Source: an uncultured Candidatus Saccharibacteria bacterium
GTDB lineage: Bacteria; Patescibacteriota; UBA1384; DTJR01
Assembly: GCA_964580065.1 (NCBI GenBank)
Contig: CAZOJE010000002.1
Span: 2,978-66,977, forward strand
Reading direction: 5' to 3'
DNA: 64,000 bases
In this document: positions 36,139 to 45,049 of the stretch, piece by piece
Layout: every line of letters starts with the position of its first letter
Position numbering within the stretch: the first letter of the stretch is position 1
Translations under genes and position numbers: made by a program
Notes under the pieces: model-generated
What the model saw: only the letters and a program-made list of their open reading frames with translations
What the model was told of the DNA's origin: nothing
Databases searched by the model: none

Positions 36139-36426
36139 TTATCTGAAATCTCTTTTGCCACCAAAGCTTCCACCGCGGTCTTCCTTTGGTCTTGCTTCGT
36201 TGACAATGATAGCGCGGCCTTCGATTTCAGTTCCATTGAGCTGTTGAACTGCTTTTTCAGCATCTTCATCAGCCATTTCGACGAAACCGTAGCCCCTGCT
36301 TCTGCCACTGAATTTGTCAGTAACAACTGCAGCGCTTTCGACATTACCGATTTTACCGAAGATCTCTTTGAGATCTTCATCGGTAGTCTTATATGGGAGA
36401 TTCCCAACGTATAATTTCTTTGTCAT
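36139..36426 (-). CDS. RRM-type RNA-binding protein with a C-terminal Arg/Gly tail
   Basis: RNP2 KLYVGNL and RNP1 RGYGFVEM motifs. The track ORF extends to 36480, but the Met at 36426 (MTKKLYVGNL) fits the family. Confidence 0.8.
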   Translation of the reverse strand: MTKKLYVGNLPYKTTDEDLKEIFGKIGNVESAAVVTDKFSGRSRGYGFVEMADEDAEKAVQQLNGTEIEGRAIIVNEARPKEDRGGSFGGKRDFR

Positions 36427-36598
36427 TTTGATCCTTAATTTTAATCCTGCTCGACCTTTGACCCAGAGCGTAGATTTCAATAAGAAACTATCGTTGGGCT
36501 CCAGCCATACTTTATATGACTGATGCAGTTTCGACTACACTATACCACAATTTCGTAAAAAAAGCAATATAGTTGGTTAATTTATCTGATTCTATGTT

Positions 36599-37408
36599 TT
36601 ATTCAACTGCAATGTCGCGGCGAGAAAAAATTGCTAGAGCTAATATTGTGAAGATTAAACTAATGCTCAAGAAAATGATAATCGAGATCGGCTCAATTTT
36701 TTGATCAGTAACAATGGCGCTAGCATTAAAATAATGGAAAAAAGAAATATATTTCAAATCTGACCAACTCTCTTTAAGAGAAGCGAAAATATTAGCAACA
36801 TACATTATGACAAGGAGCGCTCCGGAAATTGCATATACCCTTGAACGTTCAGAAAAAATTGCCGAGAGCATGAATGTTATAGAATAAACCGCTAAACCGA
36901 ATAGTGCGCCGGATATAGTGATTAGATAAATAGAGGTATGGTTAAATGAAATGTCATAAAATAAGGCAATTGGCACGGCGGCGAGGGTAGAAGTTGCAAT
37001 GAAAATTATTAGCTCTAAAAGTCCTGTCAGATATTTTGACCAAAATAATTTCATTCTTGAAACAGGCATTGCAAGTAGGATTTGGATTGTACCTTTGTCA
37101 ATTTCTCCGGCGATAGCATTTCCGGCTGAAGATATTAATAAAATTGAGAAAACAAGCGGCCAAGTCAGTGAATAAAATTCGCTTGAAAGAAAATTGTCGT
37201 AATAGTTGAAGAAGGTTGTTTGGTTGATGCCAAAAGCTTTTGAAATCGCTTCAGGCAAGTTTTTAAAGACTTCAGAAAAAGATTGACTTTCGGCTTGAAA
37301 TGACGGAAAAAGCGAGCTGTAAAGCGTGAGCATTGCAAGAGAAAATAAGCTATATATTATAATAGATAGGCGTCTTTGTTTTAAGCTTTTTAGTATAATA
37401 TTAATCAT
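36599..37408 (-). CDS. ABC-2 type transporter permease
   Basis: Six hydrophobic segments; 4-nt overlap with the upstream ATPase gene. Confidence 0.65.
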   Translation of the reverse strand: MINIILKSLKQRRLSIIIYSLFSLAMLTLYSSLFPSFQAESQSFSEVFKNLPEAISKAFGINQTTFFNYYDNFLSSEFYSLTWPLVFSILLISSAGNAIAGEIDKGTIQILLAMPVSRMKLFWSKYLTGLLELIIFIATSTLAAVPIALFYDISFNHTSIYLITISGALFGLAVYSITFMLSAIFSERSRVYAISGALLVIMYVANIFASLKESWSDLKYISFFHYFNASAIVTDQKIEPISIIIFLSISLIFTILALAIFSRRDIAVE

Positions 37409-38295
37409 TTTTTATAATATTCTAAAAATATTTCTTCAAGATTGGCATGCGCAACTTCTATGTCCTTTATTTCATATGGGGCGATTCTTTTCAGGAAAGG
37501 GCCAATTTCTCCTTTTACTTTTACGATATATCCGTCCGAAATTTTGCGAATAATTTCACAATCATCGCTCTCGATTTGATCACCTCGAATTTTTTTGGGA
37601 AAGACAACCGTCACAAAGTGGATTTTTAGTTGTTTTATTTCTTGGATCGTGGTGGTTTTGATTATTTTTCCGGATTTTATAATAGCAATACGGTCGCAAA
37701 TCTTCTCAACTTCTGGCAAATTATGTGAAGACACAAAAGCAGTTTTACCGGCTTTTTTATAGTCATTTAAAATCTCATAAATATCGTTTTGCAAAATTGG
37801 GTCTAGTCCCCTCGTCGGTTCATCCAAAACTAAAATATCCGGATTTCCCATTAAAGCCAAAATTATACCCAGTTTTTGTTTGTTACCAGTTGAGAGACTT
37901 TTGACTTTTTTGCGTGAATCAAAAGCTAGTTTCTTTATTAATTCAGTCGGGTTGGTTTTTATCCCATAAAATCCTCTAACAAAGTCCATGTGCTCTCTAC
38001 CGGTCCAACCGCCGTAAAAATAGCTGTCGGAAGGCAGATAACCGATTTTTCTTTTTATTTCGACAGAGTCTTTTTTTGAGTCTAAACCGTCGATCGTAAT
38101 TGTTCCGCTAGTTGGCGTAATAAAATCCATAATGGCGCGCATTGTTGTAGTTTTGCCGGCGCCGTTAGGGCCTAAAAAACCAAAAATCTCTCCCCTTTCA
38201 ATCGATAAATTAATATCATCGACGGCGTGGTTTTTGCCAAAGTATTTCTTTAAATTTTTAATTTCAATTGCGTTGCTCATATTTATTTGAAACAT
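37405..38295 (-). CDS. ABC transporter ATP-binding protein
   Basis: Walker A GPNGAGKTT, signature LSTGNKQKL, Walker B ILVLDEPT. Confidence 0.85.
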   Translation of the reverse strand: MFQINMSNAIEIKNLKKYFGKNHAVDDINLSIERGEIFGFLGPNGAGKTTTMRAIMDFITPTSGTITIDGLDSKKDSVEIKRKIGYLPSDSYFYGGWTGREHMDFVRGFYGIKTNPTELIKKLAFDSRKKVKSLSTGNKQKLGIILALMGNPDILVLDEPTRGLDPILQNDIYEILNDYKKAGKTAFVSSHNLPEVEKICDRIAIIKSGKIIKTTTIQEIKQLKIHFVTVVFPKKIRGDQIESDDCEIIRKISDGYIVKVKGEIGPFLKRIAPYEIKDIEVAHANLEEIFLEYYKK

Positions 38296-38301
38296 TCGTT
38301 T

Positions 38302-38910
38302 TCACATCTGTTTGGCCTCTTCTCTAGCGGTTTTGATTAAGTGGACAATTTCTTGGTTGATGGCATGTGTCAATTTCGTTTCGTGTCCCAATTCTGTTAA
38401 TTGGCGATCTTTTTCCAGCGCTTCATTTAAAGCAGCCATTCTCCCCATATCTGGCTTGCGAGAATTTTTTGTGCCGGTGCTTACTGTTTTAGGGCGGCTT
38501 GGATCAAACTGTCTGTAAATAAACCGTTCGCCTGTGTTCAAATCTGTCACGGTATTTTCGCCATAAGGATAATAATGGGAATCAAAAAAATCTCGGTTAA
38601 TTTGGGTTAAATCTAGGCCATAGAGATCACTTAGCCAACGCATAGTAACTTCAAGATTTATGTTTAAAAACACACCTTCATTCAGCTTCCGACGAGTTTT
38701 TTCCTCGTATTCGCGGCGCTGATTATCTTCTTTTACAACTTGAAGCGTCAGTTTTTTAAGATAAAGCCATTCGCTCATAGATAAGTCTTTAATACCGAAC
38801 TCACTCTCCATAAATTTCCTAACTTCGCGTGCTCGCTCAACGTTTGACTCGCTATTTATTTCCGTCCCTTCTTGATAATTTTCCGGGACATATCCTTTTG
38901 TTTCTGGCAT
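38302..38910 (-). CDS. Hypothetical protein (202 aa), first gene of the ABC exporter operon
   Basis: No recognised motif; 6 nt upstream of the ABC ATPase on the same strand. Confidence 0.4.
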   Translation of the reverse strand: MPETKGYVPENYQEGTEINSESNVERAREVRKFMESEFGIKDLSMSEWLYLKKLTLQVVKEDNQRREYEEKTRRKLNEGVFLNINLEVTMRWLSDLYGLDLTQINRDFFDSHYYPYGENTVTDLNTGERFIYRQFDPSRPKTVSTGTKNSRKPDMGRMAALNEALEKDRQLTELGHETKLTHAINQEIVHLIKTAREEAKQM

Positions 38911-39038
38911 TGTTTTCTCCTAAATATAAGTTTATATCTTTTTTGTCGGTTTTATCAATGCCGAGACTGCAAATTAGGATATTTTTTCAATATTATTCTT
39001 TTTGTAGACAGATATTTTTATACTAAAGGAGATGTAAA

Positions 39039-39722
39039 ATGGAAAAATTTTATCCGGAAAATTTTTTTGATTTAAGCGAATTTGAGTTTAAAGACGTTTT
39101 CTTATCCAACAAACCGGCTTGGGAAACGGTGAGGAATCTTGAATCATATCTTAAATCATTTTTTCAAAAATCAGAAAAAATAGATTTAAACGAGAGATTT
39201 CCTCGGGCTTTTATCGAAGGAAAAAACGTTTACGTCGGTGAAAATACTAAAATTTTCCCCGGCGCTTTTATTGGCGAAAATGTGATCATCGCTAATAATT
39301 GCGAAATCCGTCCGGGGGCTTTTATCCGCGAAAATGTAATTCTCGGCAATGATTGTATCGTTGGCAACTCTTGTGAAATTAAAAATGCTATCTTGCTGAA
39401 CCATGCCTGGACGTCGCATTTTAATTACATTGGCGATTCTATCGTCGGAAGTAATACCAATATTGCCGCCAGTACGATCTTTGCCAATATCAGATTCGAT
39501 TTTTTCGATGAAGACGCTAAAACAATTCAAGTTAAGGACGGTCAAGATCGATATGACACAAAATTAAGAAAATTTGGGGCGATTTTTGGCGATAACAGCC
39601 AAACGGGTTGCAAATGCGTCTTAAATCCGGGCACATTTGTCGGTAAAAAATCAACACTTGGGGGCCTCAAGGGTTATAGTGGATATATTGAGCCGGGGTC
39701 ATTTATTTTAGAGCGAAATTAG
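39039..39722 (+). CDS. Left-handed beta-helix (hexapeptide-repeat) protein, sugar-nucleotide transferase/acyltransferase-like
   Basis: Tandem hexapeptide repeats (IGENVIIANNCEIRPGAFIRENVILGNDCIVGNSCEIKNAIL...). Confidence 0.55.
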   Translation: MEKFYPENFFDLSEFEFKDVFLSNKPAWETVRNLESYLKSFFQKSEKIDLNERFPRAFIEGKNVYVGENTKIFPGAFIGENVIIANNCEIRPGAFIRENVILGNDCIVGNSCEIKNAILLNHAWTSHFNYIGDSIVGSNTNIAASTIFANIRFDFFDEDAKTIQVKDGQDRYDTKLRKFGAIFGDNSQTGCKCVLNPGTFVGKKSTLGGLKGYSGYIEPGSFILERN

Positions 39723-40255
39723 TTCTGGCTAATCTCGAGCGAGTTGATGATTCTGTAATAATCTTTTAAAAAGTTTAGATTGCTTCGGCTTATGAACGTA
39801 TTAGTTTGGTCATAATAGGTGTCGTAAAATTTAACTAGAACGATCAGGCCGTCTTTTTTGAAGTAATTGTAAGTTATTCTATCGCCCGAAACGATCTGGC
39901 TAAATTCATATCCTTCGGCGGACAGTTTCAAATTCTTTTTTAGATCGCTTCTGGTGATTTGCGGATAGGAATCTAAAATAACCTGCTTGAGATCTTTTGA
40001 CTGGGCGTCGGTTTGGATTGCGGCTATTTCGATTAATTTGTTGCTGTTATTTTGGATTGTAATCAGCTTTATATTGTCAAAACTCGTTTCATCTAAGCTG
40101 AAGTTGCCATTATAGCTAAAAGACATATTTTCATCTTCGTATGATTTCAGCGTAGAGGAATTTCGATTGACAAAAAAAGCCGCCCCAAACATAAGTAGGC
40201 AAATGGCGCCCACAATGACGCTATCGAAGGATAGATTTTTTTTAACTTTTTTCAC
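39719..40255 (-). CDS. Hypothetical membrane-anchored protein (N-terminal TM plus ~150-aa extracytoplasmic domain)
   Basis: Hydrophobic N-terminus; no known domain. Confidence 0.4.
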   Translation of the reverse strand: MKKVKKNLSFDSVIVGAICLLMFGAAFFVNRNSSTLKSYEDENMSFSYNGNFSLDETSFDNIKLITIQNNSNKLIEIAAIQTDAQSKDLKQVILDSYPQITRSDLKKNLKLSAEGYEFSQIVSGDRITYNYFKKDGLIVLVKFYDTYYDQTNTFISRSNLNFLKDYYRIINSLEISQN

Positions 40256-40574
40256 TTTCAGTGTGGATTATTTCTCTTATTGCAACAACAAAAGCCGATG
40301 CGGCAACAAAGGAAACAAAGTCATTAAGAATGAGCTGAACGACTCCACCGAGACTGCCTGTAGAAAAAAGTGCGCTAATTCCAGCTGTACCCACAACGAG
40401 CAAGGTAATTGATGCTATTAAAAATTTCTGCGCTTCTTTTTCGTTGATATTAACAAAGCCGACAATGAACCCGAGTAACATTAAAACGACTGGCATGGGT
40501 GACCAATCAATATATCCTGACGCAACCGACAAGACGATACCTACAATAAATAACCATTTCCCTATATTTTTCAT
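40242..40574 (-). CDS. Small 3-TM membrane protein
   Basis: Hydropathy only. Confidence 0.35.
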   Translation of the reverse strand: MKNIGKWLFIVGIVLSVASGYIDWSPMPVVLMLLGFIVGFVNINEKEAQKFLIASITLLVVGTAGISALFSTGSLGGVVQLILNDFVSFVAASAFVVAIREIIHTESEKS

Positions 40575-40644
40575 CTTCCTCCTTAAAATTAATTATAGCA
40601 AATACTAAAAAATATGCTAAAAGCAGAATTTTATTTTGAGATGC

Positions 40645-41070
40645 CTAGTTGATATAAAAATCCTTGATCTGAAATAGGAAATATAGCGAAATAATAAGAC
40701 TAACAATTAATGTGATAAAATCACTTGCAACCAAGTCACCAACAGCGCTAATCAGTGTAGCGTAAAAAAGGATTCGCCATGCACTTAATTTTCTTGCCTC
40801 TAATCCTTTAATAGCAGAAAATCTCATAATTATAGCAATCAACGAAACCCCCCAAATCAAATAGCCCATTGGCATGAATAGATAAAAGAATTTTCTGGGG
40901 ACTAAATCGTTCAGTGGTAATACATGGAAAGCTGTGAGTGCAAAAAATGACGGAATTATAGATACATAAAAAACGATAATCATCAAAGGAATATATCTGA
41001 CGATTATTTCCTTGACTCTTTTTGGCAACTGCGGCAAATTTTTGCTTAAATTAGCCAGATAATCTTCCAT
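40645..41070 (-). CDS. Small multi-TM membrane protein
   Basis: Hydropathy only. Confidence 0.35.
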   Translation of the reverse strand: MEDYLANLSKNLPQLPKRVKEIIVRYIPLMIIVFYVSIIPSFFALTAFHVLPLNDLVPRKFFYLFMPMGYLIWGVSLIAIIMRFSAIKGLEARKLSAWRILFYATLISAVGDLVASDFITLIVSLIISLYFLFQIKDFYIN

Positions 41071-41113
41071 GTCTCCCCCTCCTTTTTAGTTATTCGGGCA
41101 AAAATTTATTATT

Positions 41114-41797
41114 TTAGCGGGAGTTTAGGCCGTCTTTTAATTTAATAATCTTTTTGCATTGCGCGGCGACTTCCATATTGTGCGTGACAATCAAGAAAGT
41201 TTTGTTTTGATTTTTATTTAAATCTTTGAGGATTTTCATGATTTCCAACGAAGTCTTTGTGTCGAGTTCTCCGGTCGGCTCATCGGCTAAAATTATAGTA
41301 GGGTCGTTAATGAGAGCCCGGGCAATAGCAACTCTTTGTTGCTGGCCGCCAGAAAGTTCGTTTGGCTTGTGGCTCATTCTTTTTTCTAAACCAAGTAATT
41401 TTAAAAGATTCTTAGCTTTTTCCATCCTTTCCGATTTTTTTAAACCGCCATATTTTCCGGCTAAGGTGACATTTTCAAGGGCCGTCAGTGTGGGGACGAG
41501 ATTGAAGCCCTGAAAGATGAACCCGATTTTTTTAGAGCGGATTTTATGAGCGTTTTTTTCTTTTAATTTTGACATATTAACGCCGTCAATCTCGAGATGC
41601 CCTTCATCAGGACGATCCAGTAGACCTAAAATATGCATTAAAGTTGATTTGCCGCAACCAGAAGGGCCAACTATGGCGGAAAAATCCCCTTCAGAAACTT
41701 CTATGTTAACTCCACGTAGAGCATGCACGACATTCTTTTTTGACATTCGGTAAGATTTTTTTATACCTTCAGCTTTTACAATAATTTTTTCTCTCAT
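41114..41797 (-). CDS. ABC transporter ATP-binding protein (MacB/LolD/FtsE-like)
   Basis: [32 protein letters not shown]. Confidence 0.85.
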   Translation of the reverse strand: MREKIIVKAEGIKKSYRMSKKNVVHALRGVNIEVSEGDFSAIVGPSGCGKSTLMHILGLLDRPDEGHLEIDGVNMSKLKEKNAHKIRSKKIGFIFQGFNLVPTLTALENVTLAGKYGGLKKSERMEKAKNLLKLLGLEKRMSHKPNELSGGQQQRVAIARALINDPTIILADEPTGELDTKTSLEIMKILKDLNKNQNKTFLIVTHNMEVAAQCKKIIKLKDGLNSR

Positions 41798-43083
41798 AAT
41801 TCCCTCATTGCATCAACGACGTTTAGTTTTGACGCCCTAATGGCTGGTATTACGCCGGCAATAATTCCGACAACAAAAGAAAAGATTATTACTTCAATCA
41901 GAAAATTTCCTTGAATTAAAAATATTTCAGCACCTTTTTCGGCCATTTTGGCATTCATGATGCCTGCGGTTAAAACGCCCAGTCCCATACCGATTGCTCC
42001 GCCAACCAAACCGATAATTCCGGCTTCAAGGGTATATTCAAGGGCGATTGAAAACGGCGAAGCGCCAATAGCTTTTTTTATGCCAATTTCTTTTGTTCTT
42101 TCGGAAATTGACATGACCATCGTGTTGACGATCGAAGAAAGACCTACAATCAAAGCTAGTAGCGCACTTCCCAAAATGATAGCGTTCATTGTAGCGGTGG
42201 CTTTGTCAATTTGCTCGCCCATTTTATCTGGCGAAAGAACAATAACATCGTTTTTGAACTGATCTTTTATTCGGTTTGCTACCTCTTCGGAATTAGCACC
42301 TTCTTTCCAAGAAACAGCAGCCATTGAGGTGACATCTTCAACCTTGAATGTTTTGGCTTGAATTAATTGCTGACGTAAATCAGCTGGCAGTGAGGCCAAT
42401 TCACTTTGCGAAATATTAGCCGCTTTTTCAGACTGTTCTTTGAGTGATTTTAAGAATGGGTTGGCTTCGATATATAATTCGCGCGCTGGTTTTAGCGGCA
42501 TAAACACATAGTAGTCTGGGCCGGTCATCGTTTTGTCGGAAATTCCAACGACTTTAAATTGACGATTGCGAATCGTAACCGTGTCCCCAACCTTCCAGCC
42601 CTTATCAAGGGCGATTGTATAACCGATCGTAATCGAATCTTCACTATCTCCTTTTTCAACCATCTTGCCATCTTTCATTGCCATACTTGTCCAGTTGACA
42701 TTGCGGAAGTTTGAGCTTGTATCAACTGCTTCGATTGTGGGCGGGATACCAAAGTTCACTCCGCTTGTTGGATTATCCGGGTTGGGTTCATCTAAAGATA
42801 GCTCGACACCAGCAGCGACATCTTTGACGCCTTCTACTTGAGCAATCTTATTTAATGTGTCGACCGGAAGCATTGCGCCAACTTGTCCCGTAGCGTAATC
42901 AGTACCTTTGGGCATAATTGAAATTTGACCGGTGACATATTTTTTTCCACCGTCGATCATTTTGTTTAATTTCAGGGCCATTGAACCCATTACGGTAAAC
43001 GCAAAAATTCCGATAACAATACCAAAAATTGTTAAAACGGTCCTAAACTTCCTTCGCCACATATTTCGAAAAATTTCTATCAT
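41794..43083 (-). CDS. FtsX-like/MacB-type ABC permease with a large extracytoplasmic domain
   Basis: N-terminal TM, ~250-aa periplasmic domain and C-terminal 3-TM FtsX-like bundle; 4-nt overlap with the ATPase gene. Confidence 0.75.
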   Translation of the reverse strand: MIEIFRNMWRRKFRTVLTIFGIVIGIFAFTVMGSMALKLNKMIDGGKKYVTGQISIMPKGTDYATGQVGAMLPVDTLNKIAQVEGVKDVAAGVELSLDEPNPDNPTSGVNFGIPPTIEAVDTSSNFRNVNWTSMAMKDGKMVEKGDSEDSITIGYTIALDKGWKVGDTVTIRNRQFKVVGISDKTMTGPDYYVFMPLKPARELYIEANPFLKSLKEQSEKAANISQSELASLPADLRQQLIQAKTFKVEDVTSMAAVSWKEGANSEEVANRIKDQFKNDVIVLSPDKMGEQIDKATATMNAIILGSALLALIVGLSSIVNTMVMSISERTKEIGIKKAIGASPFSIALEYTLEAGIIGLVGGAIGMGLGVLTAGIMNAKMAEKGAEIFLIQGNFLIEVIIFSFVVGIIAGVIPAIRASKLNVVDAMREL

Positions 43084-43184
43084 AATTATTCCTTATAATG
43101 AAAAGATTAACATTAATTCGCAAGTACCTCAAATGTTATTAAGATTTTATTATACGCTACGAGCGTGATTTTACTTATTTTTTC

Positions 43185-43601
43185 CTAAGATGCGGATGTT
43201 TGATCTGGCTCATTTTTTTCTTCAATCCAATTTCGAAATTCGCCAGTAAAAAAACTGTAGATAATACCGGATTCATGATCGGCCTTAATTGTTTGCTGTT
43301 CGCTTTCGGGTATAGAGCTATCTGTTAGCAGGTGAAACAAAGCCGTGTGGCGGATATCTTTACCATAGCTTTCCAGCCACTGCTTACAAATGGCAGTTTT
43401 TGCATTATAAATTTTCATTTTTATTGTCATGTCTTTTATGTCAACGTATTGCTGGTATATTTGTTGACACTCTCTGACTTTTGCAGCGTTTTCTGGTGGC
43501 ATAAATTCTGCGGCTTTAAGAATGCTAACTCCGGTGATATTTTTTTGATCTGGGTCAGGATCTCCTTCTGGCGGTATCATATTGCCATTTTCGTTAAACA
43601 T
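43185..43601 (-). CDS. Hypothetical protein (138 aa)
   Basis: ORF only. Confidence 0.35.
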   Translation of the reverse strand: MFNENGNMIPPEGDPDPDQKNITGVSILKAAEFMPPENAAKVRECQQIYQQYVDIKDMTIKMKIYNAKTAICKQWLESYGKDIRHTALFHLLTDSSIPESEQQTIKADHESGIIYSFFTGEFRNWIEEKNEPDQTSAS

Positions 43602-43610
43602 ATTGCTCCT

Positions 43611-43799
43611 TTAAAATTTTAGAAGCTCGAGAATTTTATACATTAATATTGCTGGCCAAACAATGGCTTTCAAAAAGCCCAAAACTCCCATCCAAAACGT
43701 GCTAGAGTGCTGAATGAAATAAACCGCGGCGCCAACGAAGGCCAATCCATATATTCCGCCGCAAGGAGCGTGCGCTTCACTATTTTTTACTTTCCACAT
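43611..43799 (-). CDS. Small 2-TM membrane protein (62 aa)
   Basis: Hydropathy; tightly spaced with the previous gene. Confidence 0.3.
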   Translation of the reverse strand: MWKVKNSEAHAPCGGIYGLAFVGAAVYFIQHSSTFWMGVLGFLKAIVWPAILMYKILELLKF

Positions 43800-43964
43800 A
43801 ATCCTCCTAACTTAAATTTGGCTAAGATTTATTCGTTGATAATAACGTATTATATTACGGCTTTGATTTCAATATAGTCTCGAAGAGAACGAAATATTTT
43901 TTGCTTATTAAACCTTTAACAGATATAAATTTCGCCAGACAGATCGGACACCAAGTCCATCTTC

Positions 43965-44747
43965 TTGACAAAGGTAGGCCAAGAGGTACGATTTTGTCAG
44001 TATTACGCGCGAACCTTGAAAGGAGGTTCGGTCAAAGTGGAACGGTCGAAATCCGAGCAGGTCAGGTTTCGTATCGAAGCCGCTAAGGGTAACGTGGTTT
44101 TTGAACGCAAGCCCCTTTGGTGGCTTCCCGGACTTGTGCTGGGTTTCAACATAGCATTGCTTTGTGTGGGCATTGCCATCTTCTACAAGATAACAGTAGC
44201 TATCATGGTAACGCTTGCCTTGGTAGCAGGGAATGTCCTTGCAATGGTTGTTATCGACGTCAGCTTGCGTCGAAAATGCACGCTGGCGTCAATCCGCGAT
44301 CTGGGACAAATCGCTGTTAATGATGACGAAGATCTCGCTGATGAGATTCTGTCTGTTCTTATTCCGCTTGCATTAAGGCAGAGCGGAAATCAAACGATAG
44401 CATTGCGTTCGTTGCTGTCGTTTGTTCACGTGAACGAACTGTCGCCAGAGATCGTTTGTCAGCTGTCAGACGATCTTCTCCTTACATCACCAAGAGCGCA
44501 TTTCCTTCTTGGTCACTTTTTTGTGGAGGTCGACGACAGCAAGAGAGCGAAAAGGCATCTCGTTCTCGCTTTGAATGGCAAAGGCGAGACAGCCGCAAAA
44601 GCTGTCAAGCTACTATCTCATCTCGTTGACCAGGACACACTCGAAGATCTCGTTGACCAAACGGATCGGCCCGCTTGCGCTAAATCGCAACTTCTTGGCG
44701 CTGTGCAGAAGTTGTACGTACGGCCGAAGCCGAGTTCCGCCTCTTAG
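43965..44747 (+). CDS. Hypothetical membrane protein on a mid-GC foreign-looking patch
   Basis: Composition is distinctly richer in G+C than its neighbours; TTG at ORF start, true start uncertain; two TM helices near the N-terminus. Confidence 0.4.
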   Translation: MTKVGQEVRFCQYYARTLKGGSVKVERSKSEQVRFRIEAAKGNVVFERKPLWWLPGLVLGFNIALLCVGIAIFYKITVAIMVTLALVAGNVLAMVVIDVSLRRKCTLASIRDLGQIAVNDDEDLADEILSVLIPLALRQSGNQTIALRSLLSFVHVNELSPEIVCQLSDDLLLTSPRAHFLLGHFFVEVDDSKRAKRHLVLALNGKGETAAKAVKLLSHLVDQDTLEDLVDQTDRPACAKSQLLGAVQKLYVRPKPSSAS

Positions 44748-44761
44748 TAGGCCATAAGAAA

Positions 44762-44795
44762 AGGGCTCGTTGCGTGTGTACACGCAACGAGCCCT
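44762..44795. repeat. 34-nt perfect palindrome (AGGGCTCGTTGCGTGTGTACACGCAACGAGCCCT) 15 nt after the stop of the mid-GC gene; terminator-like
   Basis: Exact reverse-complement symmetry around GTAC. Confidence 0.55.
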
Positions 44796-45049
44796 TGATG
44801 TTTTCGAAGCGCTAACGCCTAATGCGTCAGTACGTCCGCAAAGACAACCGAGAAAACAACAAGACCTGCTAAAATCAAGAATATCAGCAGGTCCCAAATG
44901 TCAACTTTGCGTTCTTTTGCCTCTCCGTTCTCGTCTTTCGACAAGAGGATCGCCTCCTTCATGTCTGCAGATTCAACTGACTAAAATATTAGTCTAGTTT
45001 TCATACCTGTCAATACAAATTCAGTTAAGTCTAAGAGAACTTTTTAAAA

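Noticed and set aside
36427-36480. N-terminal 18 codons of the listed RRM-protein ORF (MKSTLWVKGRAGLKLRIK).
   Set aside because: RRM proteins of this type start right at RNP2. The internal Met gives MTKKLYVGNL, and the upstream extension would read through the leader.
44613-44897. 94-aa minus-strand ORF in the mid-GC patch.
   Set aside because: It overlaps the 34-nt palindrome and the end of gene 43965-44747, and has no Shine-Dalgarno or domain. Likely spurious; the shorter 47-aa micro-ORF is noted instead.
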